From assembly GCA_963698395.1 (NCBI GenBank), contig CAVOQQ010000001.1, positions 2,284 through 66,283 of the forward strand: a stretch of 64,000 bases of DNA, written 5' to 3'. This document shows positions 1 to 10,536 of this stretch, piece after piece. A program made the position numbers and the translations under genes. Source of the stretch: an uncultured Acidimicrobiales bacterium (GTDB lineage: Bacteria; Actinomycetota; Acidimicrobiia; Acidimicrobiales; SZUA-35). Each line of letters opens with the position of its first letter. Positions within the stretch are counted from its first letter, which is position 1. The notes under the pieces were generated by a model, which was given only the letters and a program-made list of their open reading frames with translations, was not told where the DNA came from and searched no databases.

Positions 1-635
1 GGCACCGACGCCAGCGAGCGCCACGCCATGGCGATGCTGGCGCCTCGGGTGCTGGGTGGTCCCTGCGCGGCCAAGGCGAGCGACCACGACGCGCTCGCAC
101 CGACGTCGATGGCGACGATCTCGACGTCGCAGAACGCACGATCGGGCGGATCGTCGGACTCGGACACGGTCAACTCATCTCCGGCGATCGAGAACCGGCG
201 CTTGAGGATCGTCTTGCTCACCTCGACCCACGCACCGGTTCGGCCGTCCAGGCCCGCATCCTCGGGACGCCCTTTCCACCACACTTCGAGCACCCCACCA
301 TGCGCGACCCCGCCTCGTTCGATCGGCGACCGCTCCAGTGCGATGCTCGACTGTCTGCTCTTGATCTCGAGGGTCGATCGCCCACGGAGCTTGACGCCGA
401 CGTCGACGCGACCGTCGATTCGGTAGAGATCGGTGCGTTCCTCGAGCCTGCCGTGCGCGCTGTCCCGGGTGAACCACGACCGCAGCGATGCCGGGAGCGC
501 GCCCGATTCGAACCAGCGGAGTTCGGTGGTCTCGATCAGATCTCGAGATGGCGCCGAGCACTCCGCACCGCAGGCGCGACGACCCACGTGCGCAGGGTCC
601 GAGCACTCGTGCGGTGGCACGTCGACGACGGTCAT
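1..635 (-). CDS. hypothetical protein, possibly CYTH-like (partial; 3' end lies beyond window start)
   Basis: ATG at 635-633. My translation MTVVDVPPHECSDPAH...LIETTELRWFESGALPASLRSWF...VDVGVKLRGRSTLEIKSR stays open to nt 1 with GC-rich third positions. It is absent from the ORF track because no stop lies inside the window. Confidence 0.5.
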   Translation of the reverse strand, partial: MTVVDVPPHECSDPAHVGRRACGAECSAPSRDLIETTELRWFESGALPASLRSWFTRDSAHGRLEERTDLYRIDGRVDVGVKLRGRSTLEIKSRQSSIALERSPIERGGVAHGGVLEVWWKGRPEDAGLDGRTGAWVEVSKTILKRRFSIAGDELTVSESDDPPDRAFCDVEIVAIDVGASASWSLALAAQGPPSTRGASIAMAWRSLASV

Positions 636-810
636 CTCGACCCGTCGGCAGCGATCGGCGCACGAGCGCCCGGCACGAGGAACGGCCGCAGGCTCATCTC
701 GACCATTTTGCCGCGTCGATCCGGTGCCGTCACCCGCAGAGGGGGTGAAGACTCCGCTCACCCTGCTGTTCACCCGCGACAGCAGGCTGGATCGCACGTC
801 GCCGACAGAT

Positions 811-1230
811 TCAGAGGTCGTCGTGTTTGGTGAGCCAGCGCAGGCTGACGTAGCCCCACAGTGGTGGGAGGTAGTAGTAGCTGACGAGTCGGTAGATCAG
901 CATGGCGGAGACGGCGGTGCCGGGGTCGACGCCGATCGCTGTCAGGCCGGCGGTCATGCCGGCTTCGCTGACTCCGACACCGCCGGGGATGGGCATCAGC
1001 CCGGCGAAGAGTGAGACGGTGACGTTGATGAAGATCGCCTGGCCGAGGGTGATCGATCCTCCGACCCCACCCCAGCCTCGGTAGCGATCGGCGACGAAGC
1101 GTCCTCGCCGTACGGCCTCTCTCGTGAGCGGCACATCGCCCTGCCACGCATGCGCCACGGCGAGGCTCGAGCCCCGAGATCGTGAGCCGGGTCGGTTCGA
1201 GCATCCGGTCCGGATGGAGGAGGTGTTCAC
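811..1230 (-). pseudogene. C-terminal remnant of a flippase-like / lysyl-PG-synthase-TM (UPF0104-type) membrane protein
   Basis: The last ~95 aa (GWGGVGGSITLGQAIFINVTVSLFAGLMPIPGGVGVSEAGMTAGL...LIYRLVSYYYLPPLWGYVSLRWL) look like the terminal TM helices of this family. Upstream in-frame sequence is Arg-rich noise, so the 5' part of the gene is missing. Confidence 0.5.
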
Positions 1231-1441
1231 ATTCGGCGACGGCGCGGTCGAGATCGCCCGCCATCAGATATCCGATGGCCAGTGTGACGTGGAGCGTCTC
1301 GCTGTCGACCGCCGCCATGTCGAGCAGTCGATCGGAACCGCATAGTCCGAAGTGCTCGCGCAACCCCTCGAGCGGCTGCGGCTCTTGGGCTGGTGTTGCC
1401 AGCCCTAACTCGAGCCGATCGATGCGAGCCCATGCGAGCAT
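1160..1441 (-). pseudogene. fragment of a helical-repeat (TPR-like) regulator
   Basis: The first ~95 codons of ORF 770..1441 (MLAWARIDRLELG...LHVTLAIGYLMAGDLDRAVAECEHLL) read as genuine helical protein. The frame then degenerates and runs into the membrane-protein remnant, which lies in another frame. Confidence 0.3.
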
Positions 1442-1495
1442 CTGGGCGTGCTGGTGAAGACCCGCCGAAACGGGATCGTGTTCGTGGGCGGCCCC

Positions 1496-2206
1496 TCAAG
1501 CCCGGCGAATCCGCCGAGGCAGGCCACACGATCGTCGTTCCCCGAGACGATGATCTGGCCGGCCCAAACGCCAAGGTCTCAAAGACTGCCTGAACCCGCG
1601 CCTCGGGGCGACCTCAGCCATGACACACAACAGGTCGCCCCTCGATCCGGTTGCGGTGGAGAGCCTGACGTTGTCGAATCCATGGGCGACGCATCTGTCC
1701 ATGAACCGCTCTGCCTGGTAGCGGAGCCAGCCGTGGTCGGTTTGGTCGGTGCCGTCTCCCTTGAGATGTCGTTCGATGGCCAAGAACCGTCCTCCGGGAG
1801 CCAGAACCCTCGTGACCTCTTCGAGGCCGGCTTCAATGTCCTTCCAGTGGTGAACGGTTGCGACCGACCACACGACGGTCGCTTTGGCGTCGTCGACGGG
1901 AATCGATTCCGCTGTTCCGGTTCTCCAGTCGATGTTCGCGTGATCGTTGCGCTTGCGACCGACATCGAGCATCACCTGAGCGGGGTCGACAGCCGTCGCG
2001 GTGGCACCTCTGTCGACGGCCTGTCTGACAGCTACTCCCGGGCCACTGCCGATGTCGACCACGTGGTCGCCTGCTCTCACGTCTGTCAGATCGCAGGCGA
2101 CGGCCGCGTCGGAGGAGACCTTCAGGAAGCGAACTGCCGCCTTCAGGCCCTCCCACCCGGAGAATCCTGGGTGGTGTGCATGGTGGTTGGGTGGCAGGGT
2201 TTCCAT
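1496..2206 (-). CDS. class I SAM-dependent methyltransferase
   Basis: ORF 1496..2323 with probable start METLPP at 2206. SAM-binding motif VVDIGSGPGV and LAPGGRFLAIE are present. The last ~40 codons are Arg-rich, so the native stop may be disrupted. Confidence 0.8.
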   Translation of the reverse strand: METLPPNHHAHHPGFSGWEGLKAAVRFLKVSSDAAVACDLTDVRAGDHVVDIGSGPGVAVRQAVDRGATATAVDPAQVMLDVGRKRNDHANIDWRTGTAESIPVDDAKATVVWSVATVHHWKDIEAGLEEVTRVLAPGGRFLAIERHLKGDGTDQTDHGWLRYQAERFMDRCVAHGFDNVRLSTATGSRGDLLCVMAEVAPRRGFRQSLRPWRLGRPDHRLGERRSCGLPRRIRRA

Positions 2207-2319
2207 GATCTGGGCTCCAGGTGGTTGGCTTCCGGCGGCTACCCGGCAGATTCTCGCCGAGCGCCTCGGCGATGTCCTCGAAGAGGTCATAGACCTCTGA
2301 GCAGAGGGTGCAGTAGAGG

Positions 2320-3311
2320 TCATCGACCTCTGAGGGTGGTGAGGAACTCGTCGATTGCTTCGTTCAGGGCGTCGGGCTGGTCGTATTGGACCATGTGGCC
2401 CGCGCCGTCGATGACCACCTCGCTGACGTTGCCGAAGTTGGCGAGGCGTTCTGCGTGTTCTGGTCGGTGTAGCGCATGGCTCCGCCCGATGGCCCTTGCG
2501 ACCAGAACCTCTCCCATGCGTCTCCGCCGTGGATCACCAGCACGGGACAGTCGATCGAACGCCAGCGTTGGTAGGCGCGTTCTTGATCGTGGCCCGCGAG
2601 CCAGTCGCGAGTGGCAGGGTCGAACAGCCACTCGTGCGAGCCGTCCTCGAGGATTCGGGTCGATCGCTCGACCAGATGGAGCGCTCGTTCGTGCGAGAGG
2701 CCGGGGTGGCCGGCCCGGAAGCGTTCGACTGCGGCGTCGAGGTCGTCGAAGGTTCGCTTTCGATACGGCTTACTGGTCACTTCGACGACGCGTCTGGCCC
2801 AGGCGAGTTGAGCTTGATCGGGTGTGAGTTCGACCCCGGGGGAGGGCCGGAGCGGGTTGACGGGCGGGCCCACTCCTTCGATGAGCACGAGGGCGGCGGC
2901 TACCCCGGGTGTGATGCCGCAGAACTGTGAGGCCACCTGGCCACCCAGGGAGTGACCCACGATGATCGGGTGGTTGATCTGCATCGTTTCGATCGTCGCA
3001 GCCAGATCGGCGACGAATTGGAGCACCGCGTAGCCCCCTCGGTCGCTCGAACCGTGACCACGCAAATCGAGGCTGATGACGCGATACCGGTCGCCGAAGG
3101 CGAGAGCGATCGAGTGCATGCTCCAAGCTGAGTCGGCTTGTCCGTGCAGCATCACGATGGTGTCGGTGGCGGCCTTGCCGTCGAGCAGTTCTTCGTAGTC
3201 GAGGTAGTTGAGGCTCAGCGCGCCGATGTCGACACGATGTTGTCGGGGTTCGAATCGAGTTGGCACGACGACGATCGTATGCCACCGGCTACGACGTCGG
3301 TTTGCCGACAT
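2320..3311 (-). pseudogene. alpha/beta hydrolase with one apparent frameshift (~2,490-2,520)
   Basis: The N-terminal ~260 aa lie in ORF 2364..3311 (HGQADSAW, nucleophile elbow GHSLGG). The conserved C-terminus (VVIDGAGHMVQYDQPDALNEAIDEFL) lies in ORF 2320..2631, a different frame. Confidence 0.75.
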
Positions 3312-3444
3312 GGCTAGATCGACGGGTGGCGTTCACCTCGCGATCCGCGGCCCCGGGTTGGTGCCGGTGACCTGCGAGCGCATCAACGAAGGCAGTTGAC
3401 GCCGAGCGGAGCGACCGACGGCGCCGCGCCAGCCTGACCACCGG

Positions 3445-5568
3445 TCACCCGTTCGTCGATGACGCCGTTGCCGACACCCACACCGGTATGCCCGTCATGT
3501 GGGCCTGGCTCGACAGCGGCTCGAACGAGCCCGGCCCGGATGGCAACAGCGCGTTCGGGTTGGTGCCCGGGAAGTTGCTGGCGACGCTGAGCCCTGGGCT
3601 CGCCTCGTGTCCCCACCCGTGCACCATCGAGACCACGCCCGGCATCAACGAGTCGTCGATCTCGATCGTCGCCGCGACGGCGCCGTGGTCGCTGGTGACG
3701 ATCACCTCGTCACCGTCGGCGAGTCCCAGCCGACGGGCATCGCTCGGGTCGACCCCGAGCGGGTTCGTCGTGCGGCCGGACCGGTGCATCCGATCGAGAT
3801 TGGACATCCACGAGTTGTGCATCCATACGTCACGCTTGTGGATCAGGTGCAAGGCGTCGCTCGAAACGGCGCCCTCGGCAGCCGAGAAGAGGTCTTCGCA
3901 GCGGCTGATCGCCTCGGCGAAGACCGGCGGACAACAGTCGACTCGGCCGTCCTCGGTTTGGACCTGCTGGTCGTAGAACGATCCGGGCATCGGCGGATCG
4001 AGCACCACCACCTCGTTGGACTCGCGCAACGCTGCGAGTTCGATGCCGGCACCCTTGCGGAGTAGGTGAGCCCACTTGCCCCACGGGTCCGGATCGTCGG
4101 CGTCGAGGAGCGATTCGCCGCCCAACTCCTGGATCAGGCGATGGGCGATCCACCACTCGGGTCGTCGCTCGGCCTGCGGCTCGACGACCGCTGGGGTGAA
4201 CTGAGCGTACGGTTGGTGGCTCGTGCCGATGTTGACGATGTTGACATCCTCCCGCTCGTACATGTCGGTACCGGGGAGGCGTACGTGGGCGTGCTCGGCG
4301 GTTGCGCTCGGATAGATGTCGATCACGACCAGCAGTTCGAGTTGCTCGAACGCTTTGGCCAGGCGGTCTTGCCCTGCGATCGACAGGAGTGGATTGCCGG
4401 CCCACACGAACATTGCTCGCACCGGTTCGTCGGCGTCGAGAATGGCGTTGGCCATCATGGTGCCCGGGAGATTGCCGGAGCGGAGTCGTCCGAACTCGGT
4501 GTCGACGTAGCGCTGCTCGGTCACCCCGCGGCCGGAGACGGCATTGGGGAAGAACCCGTCGCTCTTCAGGTTGCCGCCCTCGACGTCGAGACGCCCCGTC
4601 ACGAACGAGAGCATGTGCACCAGCCAGTAGGCGAGGGTGCCCTGACGTCCCATGTTGATCCCCGTGGAGGCGTGGACCGACGCCCGGGGTGTCGACACCC
4701 AGGACGCGGCGAGTTCACGCACGGTCTCGGCTTCGACGCCGGTCACCGGCCCGGTGCGCTCGGCCGGATAGCGGGAAATGAAGGCCCGTAGCTCGTTTAT
4801 GCGTGTGCCGTGCCGCTCGATGATCTGTCGGTCGAAACCGTCGAGGGCATCGATCTCGCCCAGCAACGACGCCAGGAACCAGACGTCGGTGTCGGGTCGG
4901 AGCTGGACCGTGTCGCCGATGCCCCCTTCGGGTGTCTCGATCCGACGAGGGTTGACGAAGACGAAACGGGCACCGCGCGAGGCCGCTCGTCGCATCTTCC
5001 CGAGCACGTTGGGCACCGAGTAGAACGACGCCTGCGAGGCCCGAGGGTTCTCGCCGATCACGAGGCAGAGGTCGGTCCGATCCAGATCGGGGATCGGATG
5101 GACGAGGCTCGACCCGAAGACGGCTTCACTGGCCACGAACTTGTTGGCGCAGTCCTGGGTGCCGGAGCTGAAGGTGCGACGGATGCCGGCCACGGCCAGG
5201 AACTGACCGATGTGTTGCTGGCCGAGCGCATTGAACGCCGTCGGGTTGCCGATGTAGGCGGCGATGCTCGAGGCGCCATGCCGGCTGCGGATGGCGTCGA
5301 GCCGATCGGCGATGGTGGACATCGCTTCGTCCCACGAGACGTCCTGCCACCTCCCATCGGCAGAGCGAATGCCGGGTCGGTCGAGACGGTCCGGGTCGTT
5401 GTGGAGGTCGACCATCGCCAGACCCTTGTGGCAGGCGAAGCCCTCCGAGACCGGGTGGTCCCGGTCGGCGGTGAGCTTGGTCAGACGCCCGTCCTCGACA
5501 CGAGCAACGAGGCCGCATGACGGCTCACAGACCCGGCAGAACGTACGGACATCGGTGACTTCGCTCAT
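3445..5568 (-). CDS. molybdopterin-dependent oxidoreductase (MopB superfamily, formate-dehydrogenase-like)
   Basis: 707-aa ORF with an N-terminal Fe-S cysteine cluster (CRVCEPSCGL...ACHKG). Overall length and layout match MopB enzymes. Confidence 0.9.
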   Translation of the reverse strand: MSEVTDVRTFCRVCEPSCGLVARVEDGRLTKLTADRDHPVSEGFACHKGLAMVDLHNDPDRLDRPGIRSADGRWQDVSWDEAMSTIADRLDAIRSRHGASSIAAYIGNPTAFNALGQQHIGQFLAVAGIRRTFSSGTQDCANKFVASEAVFGSSLVHPIPDLDRTDLCLVIGENPRASQASFYSVPNVLGKMRRAASRGARFVFVNPRRIETPEGGIGDTVQLRPDTDVWFLASLLGEIDALDGFDRQIIERHGTRINELRAFISRYPAERTGPVTGVEAETVRELAASWVSTPRASVHASTGINMGRQGTLAYWLVHMLSFVTGRLDVEGGNLKSDGFFPNAVSGRGVTEQRYVDTEFGRLRSGNLPGTMMANAILDADEPVRAMFVWAGNPLLSIAGQDRLAKAFEQLELLVVIDIYPSATAEHAHVRLPGTDMYEREDVNIVNIGTSHQPYAQFTPAVVEPQAERRPEWWIAHRLIQELGGESLLDADDPDPWGKWAHLLRKGAGIELAALRESNEVVVLDPPMPGSFYDQQVQTEDGRVDCCPPVFAEAISRCEDLFSAAEGAVSSDALHLIHKRDVWMHNSWMSNLDRMHRSGRTTNPLGVDPSDARRLGLADGDEVIVTSDHGAVAATIEIDDSLMPGVVSMVHGWGHEASPGLSVASNFPGTNPNALLPSGPGSFEPLSSQAHMTGIPVWVSATASSTNG

Positions 5569-5633
5569 CGCCGGAAGCTAGCAGCCCCGCCGCGCCCAGT
5601 CCCGTGGTCGCATGTCGGCGGGGCGAGCGGCGA

Positions 5634-7457
5634 CTACGACGCGCCGTCGAGTGCGATGCCGTCGAGCTCCAGTCCGGGAAGGTCCCCGGTCGCGCGCCAG
5701 TCGTCGAGTAGCTGGTTGAACTTGGCCGGGCCGGCCGGATACGCACCGGCGAAACCGCTCCCGCCCTTCGGCTGACCTTCGTTGTTGTAGTAGCCCGGGG
5801 TGCACTCGGCCAGGAAGCCACCGCCGCCGATGGAGAAGCCGCGGAGGAGATCCAACCATCCTTCGACCCCGTCCTCGGATGGCTCGACCGTGCGTGCGTC
5901 GCGCCGGGTCGTTTCGTCGATGATGTAGGCGATGTGGCGGGCCTGCTCGTCGAACATCGAGGTCATGTTCAGGTCGAAGGCGTTCTGGGACACGCCGATG
6001 TAGAACCAGTTCGGGAACCCGCGGGTGGTGAACCCGTGCAGGGTCTTCAGGCCGTCGGCCCAGTGATCGAACAACGAAAGACCGCCACGCCCGTTGACCT
6101 CGATCCCCAGGCGGCGCCGGAACTCCGACGAGATCTCGAACCCGGTGGCGTACACGATCAGATCGACCTCGCACTCGGTGCCGTTGGCGACCACGCCGCG
6201 GTCGGTGATGCGCTCGACGCCCTTGGAATCGCTCACATCGACGAGGGTGACGTTGTTGCGGTTGAAGCACGGCAAGTACTCGTCGTTGAAGGTGGGGCGC
6301 TTGCACATGACCCGATACCAGGGCTTGAGTGCCTCGGCGGTGGCTGGGTCCTCCACGACCTCGTCGACGCGTCGACGGAGCTCCTCCATCTTCGCCATGT
6401 CGCTCAGCTCGACGACGTGGTTGCGTTCCTCCCGGGTCTTCGGCTGGTCGGCATCTTTGGGCGAACTGATGGCACGGAAGATGTCGGTCCAACCGTCGTC
6501 GATCAGGTCCTCGTTGACCGGGCGTCCGGCGGCCTGCTGGGTGAAGTTCTCCCTCCGGCGGCGCTGCCAACCGGGCTCGAGCGAGGTGAACCAGTCGGGG
6601 TCGGTCGGCCGGTTCCTCCGCCAGTCCACGGTCGAGGGAGTGCGTTGGAAGACGTAGAGGTGGCCTGCGTCGCGTGCGAGGCGCGGCACGCACTGGATCG
6701 CTGTCGCACCGGTGCCGATCACGGCGACCTTCTTGTCGGCGAGCTTCGTCATGGGGGCGTCGGTGTCGCCGCCGGTGAAGCTGTAGTCCCAGCGGCTGGT
6801 GTGGAACGAGTGCCCTTGGAACGACTCGATTCCCGGAATACCGGGCAGCTTCGCTCGTGTGGTGGTGCCCATGGCCATGATGACGAAGCGGGCCTTGACG
6901 GCGTCGTCCCGGTCCGTCGACACGTGCCACCGTTCGATCTCATCGTCCCAATCGATCGATCGGACCCGGGTGCGGAACATCGCCCGTTCGTACAGGCCGT
7001 AGTGTCGACCGATCCGCTGTGAATGGTCGAAGATCTCCTTGACGTATGCGTACTTCTCCTTGGGCACGTAGCCCAGTTCCTCCAGGAGTGGGAGGTAGCA
7101 GTAGGCGTCGGTGTCGCATTGGGCACCGGGGTACCGATTCCAGTACCACGTGCCCCCGAAGTCGCCTCCGGCTTCGACGATCCGGAAGTTCGTCAGGCCA
7201 CGCTCGCTGAGACGAGCCGCCGCCAGGAGACCGCTGAAGCCCCCGCCGATGATGGCGATGTCGGTCTCGTCGGCGATGGGTTCGCGGTCGAAGGTCGGGT
7301 CGGCATAGGGGTCGCCGTCGGCGAAGTGGGCGTACTTGCCCGACATCTCGAGGTATTGGTCCGGGCCGTTCGTTCGCAGGCGCTTGTCTCGTTCGTGCCG
7401 ATACCGCTCGCGCACTGCGTCGGGGTCGAAATCGAAACCGGTCACGGATCGGGTCAT
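5634..7457 (-). CDS. Baeyer-Villiger (flavin-dependent) monooxygenase
   Basis: ORF 5634..7760 with real start [10 protein letters not shown] at 7457. FAD motif [12 protein letters not shown] fingerprint [12 protein letters not shown] and second Rossmann motif [12 protein letters not shown] are present. Confidence 0.9.
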   Translation of the reverse strand: MTRSVTGFDFDPDAVRERYRHERDKRLRTNGPDQYLEMSGKYAHFADGDPYADPTFDREPIADETDIAIIGGGFSGLLAAARLSERGLTNFRIVEAGGDFGGTWYWNRYPGAQCDTDAYCYLPLLEELGYVPKEKYAYVKEIFDHSQRIGRHYGLYERAMFRTRVRSIDWDDEIERWHVSTDRDDAVKARFVIMAMGTTTRAKLPGIPGIESFQGHSFHTSRWDYSFTGGDTDAPMTKLADKKVAVIGTGATAIQCVPRLARDAGHLYVFQRTPSTVDWRRNRPTDPDWFTSLEPGWQRRRRENFTQQAAGRPVNEDLIDDGWTDIFRAISSPKDADQPKTREERNHVVELSDMAKMEELRRRVDEVVEDPATAEALKPWYRVMCKRPTFNDEYLPCFNRNNVTLVDVSDSKGVERITDRGVVANGTECEVDLIVYATGFEISSEFRRRLGIEVNGRGGLSLFDHWADGLKTLHGFTTRGFPNWFYIGVSQNAFDLNMTSMFDEQARHIAYIIDETTRRDARTVEPSEDGVEGWLDLLRGFSIGGGGFLAECTPGYYNNEGQPKGGSGFAGAYPAGPAKFNQLLDDWRATGDLPGLELDGIALDGAS

Positions 7458-7534
7458 GCGTCGGACGCTAGGACGTCGCGCCGTCAGGGTCGAACCGCGG
7501 TCGGGTCTTGAAGAAAAGTCGCGCATGACCAATG

Positions 7535-7638
7535 GTCCAAGGGGGAGTAGCGGGGAGTTACGTAGGTCTCTGAACAGGGTCGAATGCTCCTGACCGGCCG
7601 GACCGGGATTGTCGGATTCGCTCGACAACCCGAAGGTC
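7535..7638 (+). repeat. att-arm-like repeat, copy A (degenerate core, no tRNA T-arm)
   Basis: Aligns by eye at about 85% identity to 10537-10640. Ends in ...GATTCGCTCGACAACCCGAAGG. Lies in the intergenic gap between the BVMO start and the hydrolase-GT stop. Confidence 0.7.
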
Positions 7639-7671
7639 ACCCCGAGAGATGCCTGGTGGCGACTGGTCCGT

Positions 7672-9798
7672 TCAAAGGAGGTTTGCGAGTTGCTCGGCGA
7701 CGACGGCTGCGCCCTTCTCGAATGCCGGCGGAGTTCGTCGTTGTTCAGACGATAGGTCAAGCAGTTCGGCGGCGAGTTCTTCCGGTCCGATGCGGTGGTG
7801 AACGCGCCGTCCGACGCCGTGTCGTCGTAGGCGATGGTCGACGTGGAGTTGTTGCTCGAAGTGGCCTTCGAGGGGTGCGTAGAGGAACGGAACGCCGGCC
7901 GCTGTCAACTCCATCGTTGTGGTCAAGCCTCCTTGGACCACAGCGAGATCGGAGGCGGCCAGCATGCGGTGGAGGTCGGGCACCCATCCGTGAACGTCGA
8001 GTGACGGGGATGCTGCGAATTGCCCGACGGAGATCGATGGGCCGGCGACGAGGACGGTTCGCCACCCGGAGTGTTCGCTCCGGATTCTCTCGTGTGCTGC
8101 AGCGACGCATTCGAGTAGCGCTGCTCCGATGCCGCTGCCGCCGACCGCTGCCACGCACACCGTTTCGTCGGGGTGCCATCCCAGATCGGCCCTGAGGTCT
8201 TCGCGTTCGCCGAGGGATCGGAGATCGAATCCTGTGATGTATCCGCTGTAGGTGAAGTGTTCGTTGACCCAGCTTCGCAGGTCCGGGAGGCCGTCGCCGA
8301 GGCTGACATCGATGACGTCTTCGGGGTCGCCGATGAAGATCGAGGCGTCGCGTACGCCGGGCGTGCGGTCGATGTGGTGAACCATTCGACGGTTCCGGCC
8401 GTGGATCACTCGGCGTTGCAGTTCGCCGCTGTTGGGCAGGGGTAGATCTCCAACGAAGTCGGTGAGCCAGGCGAACCGACCACGTTTCGCAGAAGGTTCG
8501 TCGAGCCAGAACCAGTCGACTTCCCATGCCTCGTCGCCGACGACCAGGTCGTAGTTGCCGTTCTCGACGACGTCCTGGAAGACGGCGAAGTTTCCGTAGA
8601 GGACGTCGGTGGATTCGAAAGCTGCAAGCGTGACATCGAGGTGATGATCAGTCGCGTGTTCGGTCAACCTTTGACATTCAGGCGCCAGGAGCCGCGACGC
8701 AGGATGGACCTGTTCGCCATGGTGACCGAGGACTGCCGTCACGGGGTCCTGCGAGAGCCAGTCGATGTCGACGTCGGGGCAGCGCTTGCGCAGCTCGTCG
8801 GCGATGGCGAGGTCGCGTCGAACGTGGCCGAGCCCGATGGGCGAGGAAAGGTAGAGAACGCGCGGTCCGTGCCCTCGACGCTTCGTTGGTGGCACTGGTG
8901 ATGTCGGGTGTGGGCGCAGCACTGCGAGGAAGTCGTCGATGTATCGATTGACGACAATCGAATGGCGGGTCCCGATGGCGTGGGAGCCGCCATCGATGAC
9001 GCGCAGTTCCGCATTGACGAGGTCTGCTAGCTGCATTGCTCCGGCGACCGGTGAGATTTCGTCGCTCGAACCGTGCAGGAGGAGAACCGGGCACGCAATG
9101 GCGTGTAGTGCGGCCTCCATCTCTTGACTGGGCATGGCCCACTGCTCGCCACCGGACCGAACGTTTGCGACGATGTCATCGATCGACGTCGCCAAGGCGT
9201 ATTCGTAGCTTCGTTCGAGTTCGACATCAGACAAGGGCTCCGACACCGCAAGCTCATGGAAGGCCCGATGGAAGCGCTCGGGGTTCGCCATGGCGGCCTC
9301 GGCGTTGAACCACCCCCACGGATGGTCCTCGACCGCTGGTTCGTCGAAGCGCAGAGCCGCCTCAGCTAGTCCGGGGTGAAAGGCGAACGGTGTCCCGCTT
9401 GCGATGCCCGCCACTCCGACAACCCGTTCGGGTGCTGTTCCTGCCACGAGCAGCGAAACCAGTCCGCCGAGTGAAACGCCGGCGAGCACACACGGCCCGA
9501 GTTCGAGATGATCGAGCAACTCGAGCACGTCGAGCATTCTCCGGGGCACGGCGTGATGGGCGGGGTCGTCGGAGCGTGACGAACCGCCAGTGCCGATCGG
9601 ATCCCAGACCACGGTCCGGTGGCGGCGGGCGAGGTGGGCTACCTGGGCGTCGTACAACTCGCGGCCCAACACGTTGAAGGGCGGGACGAACACGATCGGC
9701 GGGTCCATCGTTGACTCCCCGGCGTGCAGTTCCCACGACAGGAAGAGCCCGTCACTGCGTTGGAAGCGTCCGGCTCGCTCGATCGTCGGCAGCGTCAT
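7672..9798 (-). CDS. alpha/beta hydrolase - GT-B glycosyltransferase fusion protein
   Basis: ORF 7672..9867. The ATG at 9798 is preceded by GGAGAA and overlaps the TetR stop (ATGA). aa 1-~310 are alpha/beta hydrolase (GVSLGG elbow). aa ~335-708 are GT-B-like ([17 protein letters not shown] ... [24 protein letters not shown]). Confidence 0.85.
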   Translation of the reverse strand: MTLPTIERAGRFQRSDGLFLSWELHAGESTMDPPIVFVPPFNVLGRELYDAQVAHLARRHRTVVWDPIGTGGSSRSDDPAHHAVPRRMLDVLELLDHLELGPCVLAGVSLGGLVSLLVAGTAPERVVGVAGIASGTPFAFHPGLAEAALRFDEPAVEDHPWGWFNAEAAMANPERFHRAFHELAVSEPLSDVELERSYEYALATSIDDIVANVRSGGEQWAMPSQEMEAALHAIACPVLLLHGSSDEISPVAGAMQLADLVNAELRVIDGGSHAIGTRHSIVVNRYIDDFLAVLRPHPTSPVPPTKRRGHGPRVLYLSSPIGLGHVRRDLAIADELRKRCPDVDIDWLSQDPVTAVLGHHGEQVHPASRLLAPECQRLTEHATDHHLDVTLAAFESTDVLYGNFAVFQDVVENGNYDLVVGDEAWEVDWFWLDEPSAKRGRFAWLTDFVGDLPLPNSGELQRRVIHGRNRRMVHHIDRTPGVRDASIFIGDPEDVIDVSLGDGLPDLRSWVNEHFTYSGYITGFDLRSLGEREDLRADLGWHPDETVCVAAVGGSGIGAALLECVAAAHERIRSEHSGWRTVLVAGPSISVGQFAASPSLDVHGWVPDLHRMLAASDLAVVQGGLTTTMELTAAGVPFLYAPLEGHFEQQLHVDHRLRRHGVGRRVHHRIGPEELAAELLDLSSEQRRTPPAFEKGAAVVAEQLANLL

Positions 9799-10409
9799 GG
9801 TTTCTCCTTTGGTTCGACGAAGTGCTCGATGAGGTGATCCCACGTTTGGAGGTACTCGTCGTGCCACAGCGAGCTGCCAGCAAGCCTCTCCCCGATCATC
9901 GATGCCTGCGACGACACGATGGTGGCGGCAATGCCGCGAACGAAGGTGGGGTCCAGTTCCACACCGGCGTCGTCGAGCGCCTGCTGTACGACGTCGGCGA
10001 TCAGGCGGCGCCAGCCATGGAACTGGGGTAGGAGTTCGGCGCGCAGCGCCGGGTGGTCAATGGCAAGGTAGGTCGCCTCGGTCAGACGCCGGGCCCAGCC
10101 GGATTCGAGATCGTCCTCGAAGTAGACCCGTGTCGCCTTCCGCCACTTCTCGAGCGGGGTCAGGTCGCCCGAGTACAGCTCGGCCTGGCGGGCGAGCATT
10201 GCGTCGTTCTCGCGTCGGAACGCGGCGACGAGCAGCGCTTCGAGTGATCCGAAGTGATACCGAATCGAACCATGCGTGGTTCCGGCACGTTCAGTCACCC
10301 GGCGGCTGGTCACTGCTGCGTGACCTTCGCTGGCGAGAAGCTGATCGACGGCATCGAGGAGGGCTTCGGCGGTGGCATGCATTGATTCAGCCTCGCAGAA
10401 ATTCTCCAT
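9795..10409 (-). CDS. TetR family transcriptional regulator
   Basis: 204-aa ORF with N-terminal HTH (AAVTSRRVTERAGTTHGSIRYHF). An alternative start MHATAEA lies at 10382. Its stop overlaps the start of the downstream fusion gene. Confidence 0.85.
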   Translation of the reverse strand: MENFCEAESMHATAEALLDAVDQLLASEGHAAVTSRRVTERAGTTHGSIRYHFGSLEALLVAAFRRENDAMLARQAELYSGDLTPLEKWRKATRVYFEDDLESGWARRLTEATYLAIDHPALRAELLPQFHGWRRLIADVVQQALDDAGVELDPTFVRGIAATIVSSQASMIGERLAGSSLWHDEYLQTWDHLIEHFVEPKEKP

Positions 10410-10536
10410 GTGGAGAACACTACACCACGAAATTCTACAGGTGGAGAAATATCTGACTTGCCCCGTCTTCAGTCACGCGATCTCAAAGCCCGAGTCGATG
10501 TACCAACCATGTACCCGGACAGCGGTAAACAGCAGT

